NCBI RefSeq assembly: GCF_000025685.1
Contig: NC_013967.1
Span: 750,001-782,000 of the forward strand
Direction: 5' to 3'
Source: Haloferax volcanii DS2
GTDB lineage: Archaea > Halobacteriota > Halobacteria > Halobacteriales > Haloferacaceae
DNA: 32,000 bases
The translations under genes were made by a program, and so were the position numbers. The stretch's first letter is position 1; each line of letters opens with the position of its first letter. The notes under the pieces were generated by a model. That model ran no database searches. It was not told where the DNA came from and worked only from the letters and a program-made list of their open reading frames with translations. Positions 24,651 through 32,000 of the stretch are shown piece by piece.

Positions 24651-25556
24651 ATGGCAACTCTCGAGATCAAGAACCTCCACGCACGTGTCGCGGAGGAAGA
24701 CGGTGAGCAGATTCTGCGAGGTGTCGACCTGGAAGTCAAATCCGGCGAGATCCACGCACTGATGGGTCCCAACGGGTCCGGCAAGTCTACGACTTCTAAA
24801 ATCATCGCCGGGCACCCCGCCTACGAGGTAACCGACGGCGAAATCCTCCTCCACCTGGAGGACGACGACTTCGGCGACCTCGAAATTCCGGACGACGCCC
24901 GCACGTGGAACCTTCTGGAACTGGAGCCGAACGAGCGCGCCGCGCTCGGCATCTTCCTCGGCTTCCAGTACCCCGCGGAAATCGAGGGCGTCACCATGAC
25001 GAACTTCCTCCGCACCGCGCTCAACGCGAAGATCGACGAGCGCGAGGAGCTCCTCTTCGGCGAGGACGCCGAGGAAGAAGAAGAGGAAGCCGGCTACGAC
25101 ACCTCCCCGATGGAGGGTAACGTCGACGACGGCGAAGTCGGCGTCGCCGAGTTCCAGAAGCTCCTCAAGGAGAAGATGGACCTCCTCGACATGGACGAGA
25201 AGTTCATGCAGCGCTACCTCAACGCCGGGTTCTCCGGCGGCGAGAAGAAACAAAACGAGGTCCTTCAGGCCGCGATTCTCGAACCGTCGATTGCGGTGCT
25301 CGACGAGATCGACTCCGGTCTCGACATCGACCGCCTGCAGGACGTCTCGAAGGGTATCAACGCGCTGCGCGACGAGCAGGGCACCGGTATCCTCCAGATC
25401 ACTCACTACCAGCGTATCCTCGAATACGTCGAGCCGGACCACGTCCACATCATGCTGGACGGCAAGGTCGTCAAGAGCGGCGACGCCTCGCTCGCGTCCG
25501 AACTCGAAGACAAGGGCTACGACTGGGTCCGTGAGGAAGTGTACGAAGCCGCGTAA
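24651..25556 (+). CDS. sufC: Fe-S cluster assembly ATPase SufC
   Basis: Walker A GPNGSGKST, signature FSGGEKK, Walker B AVLDEIDSGLD, and H-loop ITHY. An acidic insertion (EDAEEEEEEAGYD...) is present. Start at MATLEIKNLH (ATG 24651). Confidence 0.93.
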   Translation: MATLEIKNLHARVAEEDGEQILRGVDLEVKSGEIHALMGPNGSGKSTTSKIIAGHPAYEVTDGEILLHLEDDDFGDLEIPDDARTWNLLELEPNERAALGIFLGFQYPAEIEGVTMTNFLRTALNAKIDEREELLFGEDAEEEEEEAGYDTSPMEGNVDDGEVGVAEFQKLLKEKMDLLDMDEKFMQRYLNAGFSGGEKKQNEVLQAAILEPSIAVLDEIDSGLDIDRLQDVSKGINALRDEQGTGILQITHYQRILEYVEPDHVHIMLDGKVVKSGDASLASELEDKGYDWVREEVYEAA

Positions 25557-25568
25557 TCCCCCAACATC

Positions 25569-26999
25569 ATGAGTTCCGACCAAGACCACCTCAAAGAGAC
25601 AGACACGGAAGCTCGCTTCGAGTTCAAGAAGGAACAGAAGGCCGCGTTCGTGGCCGAGAAGGGTCTCACCGAAGAGACCATCCGCGTCATCTCGGAGGAC
25701 AAAGACGAGCCCGAATGGATGCTCGAGCGCCGCCTTCGCGCGCTCAAGCAGTACCAGAAGATGCCGATGCCGACCGACTGGCCCGGCCAGCCTGACCTCT
25801 CCGAGGTCAACGTGGACGAAATCGTCCCGTACATCCGACCCGACGTGGAAGTCCGCGGCGGCGTCGACGACTGGCGCGACCTGCCGGACGACATCAAGGA
25901 CACCTTCGACAAACTGGGTATCCCGGAAGCCGAGAAGAACGCCCTCTCGGGCGTCGGCGCCCAGTACGAGTCCGAAGTCGTCTACCAGAACATGCAGGAG
26001 CGCTGGGAGGAGAAAGGCGTCGTCTTCATGAACATGGACCAGGCGGTCCAGGAGCACGAAGACATCGTCAAGGAGTACTTCATGACGAAGTGCGTCCCCC
26101 CGAGCGACAACAAGTTCGCGGCGCTTCACGGCGCTATCTGGTCCGGCGGCTCGTTCGTCTACGTCCCCGAGGACGTGACGGTCGAGATGCCGGTGCAGGC
26201 GTACTTCCGCATGAACTCCGAGGGCATGGGCCAGTTCGAGCACACGCTCATCGTCGCGGAGAAGGGCTCCGAAGTCCACTACATCGAGGGCTGTTCGGCT
26301 CCCAAGTACTCCGCGTTCAACCTCCACTCCGGCGGCGTCGAAGTGTTCGTCGGCGAGGACGCCCACGTCCAGTACTCGACCGTTCAGAACTGGTCGAAGA
26401 ACACCTACAACCTCAACACCAAGCGCGCTATCGTCGAGAAGGGCGGTCGCATGGAGTGGATTTCGGGCTCGATGGGCTCGAAGGCCACCATGCTGTACCC
26501 GGCCTCGATTCTGAAGGGCCGCGGCGCGTCGGACAACCACATCACCATCGCCTTCGCGGGCGAGGGCCAGAACATCGACACCGGCGCGAAGGTGTACCAC
26601 AACGCCCCCGAGACGAAGTCGACCATCGAGTCGAAGTCCATCTCGAAGGACGGCGGCCGCACGAACTACCGCGGTCTCGTCCACATCGCCAACGGCGCGA
26701 AGAACTCCTCGACCGCGGTCGAGTGTGACGCGCTCATGTTCGACAACGAGTCCACCTCGGACACGATGCCGTACATGGAAATCAACGAGTCCACGGTGGA
26801 CGTCGCTCACGAGGCGACCGTCGGCAAGATCGGCGACGAGGACATCTTCTACCTCCAGTCGCGCGGTCTCGACGACGACGATGCGAAGCAGATGATCGTC
26901 TCCGGGTTCATCGAACCCATCACGGAGGAACTGCCCATCGAGTACGCGGTCGAACTCAACCGACTCGTCGAACTCGAGATGGAGGGTAGCCTCGGATAA
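25569..26999 (+). CDS. sufB: Fe-S cluster assembly scaffold SufB
   Basis: 476 aa. Typical SufB beta-helix core (EHTLIVAEKGSEVHYIEGCSAP..., ...NYRGLV...) and a conserved C-terminus. Follows sufC by 12 nt. Confidence 0.93.
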   Translation: MSSDQDHLKETDTEARFEFKKEQKAAFVAEKGLTEETIRVISEDKDEPEWMLERRLRALKQYQKMPMPTDWPGQPDLSEVNVDEIVPYIRPDVEVRGGVDDWRDLPDDIKDTFDKLGIPEAEKNALSGVGAQYESEVVYQNMQERWEEKGVVFMNMDQAVQEHEDIVKEYFMTKCVPPSDNKFAALHGAIWSGGSFVYVPEDVTVEMPVQAYFRMNSEGMGQFEHTLIVAEKGSEVHYIEGCSAPKYSAFNLHSGGVEVFVGEDAHVQYSTVQNWSKNTYNLNTKRAIVEKGGRMEWISGSMGSKATMLYPASILKGRGASDNHITIAFAGEGQNIDTGAKVYHNAPETKSTIESKSISKDGGRTNYRGLVHIANGAKNSSTAVECDALMFDNESTSDTMPYMEINESTVDVAHEATVGKIGDEDIFYLQSRGLDDDDAKQMIVSGFIEPITEELPIEYAVELNRLVELEMEGSLG

Positions 27000-27002
27000 C
27001 CA

Positions 27003-28211
27003 ATGAGTGCGCAACTTCCCGCGAACCTGTCCGCAGAGACGGTACGAGAGATTTCGGACGCACGGGACGAGCCGGAGTGGCTCCTCGAGGCCCGCCTCGA
27101 AGCCCTCGAAGCACTCGACGCGCTCGAACTGCCGGACGTCATCCAGACGCCCGGTCGCCGCTGGACCAACCTCGAAGCGCTCGACTTCGAGTCGCTCGTC
27201 GACCCGCTGAACCAGGCCGACGAGACGACCCGCGAGTCGCCCGAGGGCGTCGTCGTCCTCCCGTTCACGGAGGCGCTCTCCGAGTACGGCGACCTCATCG
27301 AGGAGCGCTTCGGCTCGGTCGTCGCTCCCGACACGAACTACCTCACCGCCCTCTCGGCGGCGCTGTTCACGACGGGCACGTTCATCTACGTCCCCGAGGG
27401 CGTCGACGCCGAGGACGTGAAGATTCGCGCCGAGATGAACTCTCGGTCGCTGTTCAGCCACACGCTCGTCGTCACCGAGGAGTCCTCGTCGGTCACCATC
27501 CTGGAGGCCATCGAGTCCGGCGACAGCGTCGACGACGCGCGGTACTTCTCGAACCTCGTCGAAATCGACGCGGGCGAGAACTCGTACGTCCAGTACGGCT
27601 CCCTGCAAAACCTCGACGAGGAGACGTACACGTACTCGCTCAAGCGCGCCGACGCCGACACCTACTCCACGGTCAACTGGATCGAGGGGAACCTCGGCTC
27701 GCGGCTCACCCGCAGCGACGTCGAGACCGAACTCAACGGCGAGGCGTCGGAGACGAAAATCGTCGGTGCGTTCTTCGGTCACGACGACCAGCACCTCGAC
27801 GTGAACGCCCGCGTCTGGCACAAAGCCGAGAACACGACGGCCGACCTCGTGACCCGCGGCGTCCTCGACGACGAGGCGCGCTCGGTGTACGAGGGCGTCC
27901 AGGACGTCGGCCGCGACGCGTGGAGTACGAACTCCTATCAGCGCGAGAACACGCTGATGCTCTCGGACCAGTCCGAGGCCGACGCGTCGCCGAAGCTCAT
28001 CATCAACAACCACGACACCGAGGCGTCCCACGCGGCCTCCGTCGGGCAGGTCGACGCCGAGGACCTCTTCTACATGGTCTCTCGGTCCGTCCCCGAAGAA
28101 CAGGCCCGTAACATGCTCGTGGAGGGCTTCTTCGTGCCCGTCCTCGAAGAGATCGAAGTCGACGAGTTCCGCGACGACCTCGAAGAGCTCATCGCGGCGC
28201 GCCTGCGGTAG
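27003..28211 (+). CDS. sufD: Fe-S cluster assembly protein SufD
   Basis: 402 aa, a SufB/SufD-family paralog (SHTLVVTEESSSVTILE..., HAASVGQVDAEDLFYM). Starts 3 nt after the sufB stop. Confidence 0.9.
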   Translation: MSAQLPANLSAETVREISDARDEPEWLLEARLEALEALDALELPDVIQTPGRRWTNLEALDFESLVDPLNQADETTRESPEGVVVLPFTEALSEYGDLIEERFGSVVAPDTNYLTALSAALFTTGTFIYVPEGVDAEDVKIRAEMNSRSLFSHTLVVTEESSSVTILEAIESGDSVDDARYFSNLVEIDAGENSYVQYGSLQNLDEETYTYSLKRADADTYSTVNWIEGNLGSRLTRSDVETELNGEASETKIVGAFFGHDDQHLDVNARVWHKAENTTADLVTRGVLDDEARSVYEGVQDVGRDAWSTNSYQRENTLMLSDQSEADASPKLIINNHDTEASHAASVGQVDAEDLFYMVSRSVPEEQARNMLVEGFFVPVLEEIEVDEFRDDLEELIAARLR

Positions 28212-28277
28212 TCCGGCCTCCGCGGCGCGACTTCGCCGAGCGTTTTTCCCCGATCCCGTCGACCCGCGAGGGAACCG

Positions 28278-28283
28278 CTTAAG
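28278..28283 (+). promoter_or_regulatory. putative TATA box (CTTAAG)
   Basis: Centred about 28 bp upstream of ATG 28308 (the mini-uORF), which is 47 nt before the main ATG 28355. Confidence 0.3.
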
Positions 28284-28354
28284 TCGGTTACTCCCGGAGA
28301 GGTGTGTATGTACGTCGCGGGACCGTGTCTTCGAACGTTGAGGGGGACGAGTCC

Positions 28355-28846
28355 ATGAGCGTCGGCTATCAGGTCAGCTCGGACCACCAGCTCGCCCGAC
28401 TCCTCCAGATCGGTATCGTCCTCGAAGAGGTCGTGGAGGCGCGCGCCTACCACCACCACGAGGAACTCGACGAAGACGCGCTCGACGAGGAGATTCGAGC
28501 CCTGCTTTCGCACGCCGCCGAGGAGTCCGCGGACCACCGCGAGCGCCTCGAAGCCGTCATCGACCGGCTGGCAGTCGACAGCGTCCCCTTCGAGGAGATA
28601 GAGGCGCTGGTCGAGGCCCAGTACGGCCAGACGAAGCCCGAGGACTTCGACGGCGTCCTCTACGACCAACTCTGCAACGAGGAGACCGCATACAAGTTCT
28701 ACGACGACGTCATCGAGGCCATCGAGGCGAGCGAGGCACAGTTCTCTATCGACCGCGAGGAACTCGTCGCCACCCTGTCGGCGATTCGCGACGAGGAGGC
28801 CGAGGGCGTAGAAGAAGTGACGCGAATCATGGAAGACCGCGAGTGA
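28355..28846 (+). CDS. acidic four-helix-bundle protein, tentatively ferritin-like/rubrerythrin-like
   Basis: 163 aa, strongly helical and Glu/His-rich (YHHHEE, EESADHRERLE, NEETAYKFY). Sits directly upstream (4 nt) of a DtxR-family regulator. The family assignment is tentative. An alternative GTG start lies at 28304. Confidence 0.6.
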   Translation: MSVGYQVSSDHQLARLLQIGIVLEEVVEARAYHHHEELDEDALDEEIRALLSHAAEESADHRERLEAVIDRLAVDSVPFEEIEALVEAQYGQTKPEDFDGVLYDQLCNEETAYKFYDDVIEAIEASEAQFSIDREELVATLSAIRDEEAEGVEEVTRIMEDRE

Positions 28847-28850
28847 AACG

Positions 28851-29303
28851 ATGAACACGGCAGACCAATACGTCAAGGCGATTTACCTGCTGCAGGAGAT
28901 GGAGAACGGCCCGGCGGCCACCGGCGCGCTCGCGGACATGATGGAGGTGAGTCCCGCGAGTGCGAACGAGATGATCGGCAAGCTCGAATCCCGCGGCCTC
29001 GCCGAACACGAGAAGTACAAGGGCGTCACGCTCACGGACGACGGCATCGTCCGCGCCCGCGACGCGCTCCAGACCTACTGCATCATCGAGCGCTTCCTCT
29101 CGAACGTCCTCGACGTCGAGGAGTTCCGCGCGGAGGCCCGCGAACTCGAACCCGTCATCGACGGGATGATCGCGGAGCGACTCGACACCATCATCGACCG
29201 TAACTCCGAGTGTCCCGACTGTTTCGACCCCGAGACGGACGCCTGCGAGTATCTCGACGTGTGCGGCGCGGAACCCGAGACGGAGACGGAAGCCGCGGAC
29301 TGA
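28851..29303 (+). CDS. DtxR/SirR-family metal-dependent transcriptional regulator
   Basis: N-terminal wHTH (QYVKAIYLL...GALADMMEVSPASANEMIGKLESRGL) and a dimerisation/metal-binding domain (YCIIERFL). A Cys-rich C-terminal tail (CPDCFDPETDACEYLDVC) is also present. Confidence 0.88.
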   Translation: MNTADQYVKAIYLLQEMENGPAATGALADMMEVSPASANEMIGKLESRGLAEHEKYKGVTLTDDGIVRARDALQTYCIIERFLSNVLDVEEFRAEARELEPVIDGMIAERLDTIIDRNSECPDCFDPETDACEYLDVCGAEPETETEAAD

Positions 29304-29351
29304 GTTTCACTTACACTCTACTTGCCGAATCACTATCTAGCACGGTAGTGA

Positions 29352-30420
29352 GAGCGTGTCATAGAATTCTCCTCATACTCTGAGCATCTCCCGTCCCGGG
29401 TTGTCACCTCGTTCGTCGTTGGTGATTGCGACGACGAGTCGCAGGCACAGCGCCAGAAACACTTGCGCTCGTGCGTGAACGCGGCCTCGGGCGCGGACGT
29501 GCCCGAGGCCGCAGTCCTTGACCGCATCGTTCGTTCGCTCAACCTGTGTCCGGCGGTTGTACGTCTCCTCTAAGACCGATTGCTTCAGCTGAAGGTCCTC
29601 GCTGTGTTCCTCTATTTGATCTTCAACCCTGTACTCGATATCGAGCGGCTCATCGGTGTTTCGCGGATTGTACGGCGCAACGGGCACGACTCCTGCGTCC
29701 AGCAGGAAGTCGTGCCACTGGAGTGTGTCGTAGGCACTGTCGCCAATTATCCAGATCGGAGTGTCGACGGCGAGCGCGTCACGCGTGACGCGCATCGCCG
29801 TCTCTTCTGAGGCTTGTTTCGCCTGTGTGAATTCTGCTGCAATAGGAATCTTCGCTCCCGTCGAGACGATCGTACAGCCGAAGCCGTAGTAGTGCTCTTC
29901 AGCCGTCGAATCGTAGTTCCATGAGGCTTCATCGTTCCACTGAATCGCCTCAACGTGAGTTGAATCGATTCGATACGTAGAGTCGAGCAGGCCCCGGAGG
30001 GCGGCCTGCTCGACGAGGTGGTCGAAGACTTCGTCAACGACGTGTTCGAGGTCAGTGAGGAAGCGATCGACCGCGTCTCGCGACGGCGGTCGATCGAAGC
30101 CACAACAGCGCCAGACGAGTGGATTCTGCAGTTCGCGCGTGATTGGACGAGTACCGTAGACGTTCTCGTAGTAGCAGTGCAGAAAGCCTCGGAAGAGTTC
30201 TGGTGGCTTGTGTACTCGTGTTCGCCCCCGCTTGCAGGGGGCGAACACGTCGTACTCACGCAGAAATTCGAACTCAAGATGTTCAAACAACGGAACTGTC
30301 TCGGTGGCCGCTGCTTTCAAAAACTCGTCGAGCGAAGCAACGTTTTGCAGGGTTGTGGTTGTGCTGGACACACTTTCCGCACCCTGCATCCTCGTATGTG
30401 ACGCTTTCTATGACACGCTC
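29352..30420 (-). mobile_element. intact IS4/IS5-superfamily insertion sequence (about 1.07 kb)
   Basis: Perfect 15-bp terminal inverted repeats GAGCGTGTCATAGAA (29352-29366 and the reverse complement of 30406-30420). Flanked by the 6-bp direct repeat TAGTGA (29346-29351 and 30421-30426). The IR/DR boundary is ambiguous by +/-1 nt (16-bp IR with a 4-bp DR also fits). A single transposase ORF fills the element. Confidence 0.9.
29373..30389 (-). CDS. DDE transposase (IS4-type)
   Basis: 338 aa. D (RIDSTHVEA), D (IIGDSAYD) and the exact Y-x2-R-x3-E-x6-K signature (YNRRTQVERTNDAVK). Confidence 0.9.
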   Translation of the reverse strand: MQGAESVSSTTTTLQNVASLDEFLKAAATETVPLFEHLEFEFLREYDVFAPCKRGRTRVHKPPELFRGFLHCYYENVYGTRPITRELQNPLVWRCCGFDRPPSRDAVDRFLTDLEHVVDEVFDHLVEQAALRGLLDSTYRIDSTHVEAIQWNDEASWNYDSTAEEHYYGFGCTIVSTGAKIPIAAEFTQAKQASEETAMRVTRDALAVDTPIWIIGDSAYDTLQWHDFLLDAGVVPVAPYNPRNTDEPLDIEYRVEDQIEEHSEDLQLKQSVLEETYNRRTQVERTNDAVKDCGLGHVRARGRVHARAQVFLALCLRLVVAITNDERGDNPGREMLRV

Positions 30421-30480
30421 TAGTGATGTTATTTTATCGAGTGCCCGTCCTGTGGCAAACAGCTAGCAACAGAACAGGGA

Positions 30481-31164
30481 ATGCGGCAGCACCACACAAA
30501 GGTCCACAACACACCGCTGCCTAACCGAGTCTGTAAACGCTGCCATCAGGAGTTTTACGATCCAAAGTCTCAGCGTGTTTACTGCGAAGAGTGTTATTCA
30601 GAGCAAGGAAATCAGAACGGTAACTGGCGAGGGGGTAAAGAAACAGAGACGTGCAGCGTTTGCGATGCTACGTTTTCCTACTACCCATCAAATAAGCAGG
30701 GTGTTTACTGTTCAGAGTGTGTCAAGGAGGCAGAAGGGCTACTCCCTGAAAACCCCGCAGAGCGAATTGAGTTAATAAGAACCGCGTGTAGCTTTTGTGA
30801 GGCTCAACTCGAACGACTCCCTTCGTCGATTAACGGGAACGAATACGGATCATTCTGCGACTTAGACTGCTATGGGAAGTGGCTCTCTAACAACATTGTT
30901 GGCTCGAACCACCATTAATGGGAAGGCGGAACCCTCTTTTATAGAGAGTCTTGGTGGCCAGTTCGTCGAAAGGCACTAGAACGAGACAATTACACGTGCC
31001 AGCGATGCGGAGCGGATAGCGAAGAACTGGGACAGAACCCAGACGTGCATCATCTAAATCGGGTTCGCGACTTCGATGACCCGAGTAACGCCCACACGCT
31101 GTCCAACGTTGTTTCTCTGTGTCGCTCTTGTCACCGACTCGTAGAAGGTGGAGACAAAAAGTAA
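30481..31164 (+). pseudogene. HNH endonuclease with three N-terminal CxxC...CxxC zinc-ribbon repeats, interrupted by one in-frame TAA
   Basis: The same reading frame continues across TAA 30916-30918 (NHH*WEGG...). The downstream 81 codons encode the HNH domain (CQRCG...VHHLNRV...NVVSLCRSCH). There is no in-frame start that could express the HNH part alone. GC content is far below the window average. Confidence 0.8.
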
Positions 31165-31199
31165 GGTTATTGTGCCGGCATCACCCAATTTCAGATGTC

Positions 31200-31303
31200 A
31201 GTCCCGTGGTGTAGCGGCCAATCATAGCGGCCTTTGGATTGGTACGGTTCATTGCGTGCCGAGAAGACAGCCGCTGACGGCGGTTCGAATCCGCCCGGGA
31301 CTA
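31200..31303 (+). tRNA. tRNA-Gln (anticodon UUG) with a 31-nt intron at the canonical 37/38 position
   Basis: Hand-folded cloverleaf. Acceptor AGTCCCG/CGGGACT (A1-U72). D arm GTGT-AGCGGCCAA-TCAT. Anticodon stem GCGGC/GCCGC with loop CT-TTG-GA. 4-nt variable region. T arm GGCGG-TTCGAAT-CCGCC. Discriminator A. CCA is not encoded. The mature length is 73 nt. Confidence 0.9.
31238..31268 (+). other. tRNA intron with bulge-helix-bulge splice motif
   Basis: Central 4-bp helix is CTTT (31232-35) paired with GAAG (31263-66). It is flanked by 3-nt bulges GGA (31236-38) and ACA (31267-69). The inner 8-bp stem pairs 31239-46 with 31255-62 and has an 8-nt loop. Confidence 0.8.
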
Positions 31304-31357
31304 CTCGAACTTCTCCTGCGAATCCATATCACGCCGAGTCGCGTCGCAGCCGAGCGA

Positions 31358-31364
31358 TTTTTAT
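31358..31364 (+). promoter_or_regulatory. putative TATA box (TTTTTAT); the T-run may also terminate the tRNA transcript
   Basis: Centred about 29 bp upstream of GTG 31390 and about 55 nt downstream of the tRNA 3' end. Confidence 0.35.
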
Positions 31365-31389
31365 CGCCGTACAATGACAATACACTAAC

Positions 31390-32000
31390 GTGTCTCTGCT
31401 GCATCCGGTGTCGGCCGCTCGGCACCTCGCGTACACCCTCCACTACGCGCTCGTTCGGGCGAACTACGAGCGACGGCTCGTCGCCACGAAGAAACACGTC
31501 GGGCGGACGAGCTTCCGGAGCTACGAACTGTACAACCGTCACGGTAACGACGTGCTCCTGCAAGCGCTGTTGCTCGACCTCGACGGCGGCGACGTGGTCG
31601 TCGACGTGGGCGCGAACACGGGGACCTACACGCTCGCGGTCGCGGCCAGCGAACCCTCCGCGCAGGTCGTCGCCGTCGAGCCGCACCCCGAGGTCGTCGA
31701 CCAGTTGCGGGCGAACGTCGAGGTCAACGACTTCGACGACCGGGTGGACCTCCTCGACTGCGGCCTCGGCGAAACCGACGAATCCCGAGCGTTCCACCTG
31801 TCGAGCTACGACGAACTGGGGTCGTTCTCGCGAGACCACGCGAGCGCGTGGGGGGCGCGGGTCGTCGACACGGCGTCGGTATCGATGCGACGGCTGGACT
31901 CGCTCGTCGAGTCCGGGACGGTCCCGCCGCCGGACCACCTGAAGGTTGACGTCGAAGGGTTCGGCCTGAACGTGCTCCGGGGGGCGGAGGCGGTCCTTCG
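31390..32000 (+). CDS. FkbM-family SAM-dependent methyltransferase (5' part, continues beyond the window)
   Basis: The frame is open from the stop at 31375-31377 to the window end. Motif VVDVGANTGTYTL (SAM-binding) and HLKVDVEGFGLNVLRG (FkbM signature). First in-frame start is GTG 31390 (next GTG at 31408; no in-frame ATG). Missing from the ORF track because it has no stop inside the window. Confidence 0.8.
   Translation, partial: MSLLHPVSAARHLAYTLHYALVRANYERRLVATKKHVGRTSFRSYELYNRHGNDVLLQALLLDLDGGDVVVDVGANTGTYTLAVAASEPSAQVVAVEPHPEVVDQLRANVEVNDFDDRVDLLDCGLGETDESRAFHLSSYDELGSFSRDHASAWGARVVDTASVSMRRLDSLVESGTVPPPDHLKVDVEGFGLNVLRGAEAVL

Noticed and set aside
24603-28031. 1142-aa ORF on the minus strand spanning sufC, sufB and sufD
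   Set aside because: It is antisense to three well-supported Suf genes. It is Arg/Val/Gly/Asp-rich with no recognisable domain, so it is a shadow ORF.
28990-29020. Possible att-like partial copy of the tRNA-Gln T-arm (CTCGAATCCCGCGG) inside the DtxR gene
   Set aside because: Only about 9 of 14 bases match and it lies in a conserved coding region. It is not a credible integration-site duplication.
31148-31942. 264-aa plus-strand ORF and the 229-aa minus-strand ORF (31249..31938)
   Set aside because: Both run through the tRNA-Gln gene and lie out of frame or antisense to the FkbM methyltransferase frame. Their composition is Arg/Ser/Thr-rich and basic.
1-32000. CRISPR arrays, rRNA genes, integrase/recombinase genes, and toxin-antitoxin or restriction-modification modules
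   Set aside because: By eye I found no repeat-spacer periodicity, no rRNA-like conserved stretches and no tyrosine/serine recombinase or nuclease/methylase pairs. The only nuclease-type mobile genes are the intein LAGLIDADG domain and the HNH pseudogene.

Overview
High-GC haloarchaeal chromosomal segment with an acidic proteome and many leaderless-looking genes that have a TATA-like box about 27 bp upstream of the start codon. From memory, the gene order and several protein sequences (PAN-A, Mre11-Rad50, intein-containing PolB, SufCBD) look Haloferax-like; I cannot verify this without a database search. The window is mostly core housekeeping. It encodes a MeaB-type GTPase, an alpha/beta hydrolase, a thiolase plus DUF35 pair, an M28 peptidase and an NAD-kinase-family protein. 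A six-gene minus-strand operon carries halocyanin and a split b6-type cytochrome b. Further genes are endonuclease III, PAN-A, a four-gene wHTH-ORF137-mre11-rad50 operon, family-B DNA polymerase interrupted by a 437-aa LAGLIDADG intein in motif C, sufCBD, and a ferritin-like plus DtxR/SirR pair. The only clearly accessory DNA is a low-GC patch of about 1.9 kb (29.3-31.2 kb). It holds an intact IS4-type insertion sequence with terminal inverted repeats and a target duplication, plus an HNH endonuclease gene killed by a single in-frame TAA. This patch sits directly upstream of an intron-containing tRNA-Gln(UUG). I find no CRISPR array, no rRNA and no recognisable multi-gene defence or secretion system, so I cannot honestly claim a clear new system here. 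The best leads are an uncharacterised ORF translationally coupled to mre11, the Rieske-less and Cys-free halocyanin/cytochrome-b operon with three unknown small membrane proteins, and two leaderless mini-uORFs joined to their main ORFs by ATGA. Other leads are a triplicated 16-bp motif in a divergent promoter region and a His/Gly-rich insertion in MeaB. Most long ORFs in the supplied track are antisense or out-of-frame artefacts of the high GC content. Three or four real genes are missing from the track because they are short or run off the window edge.
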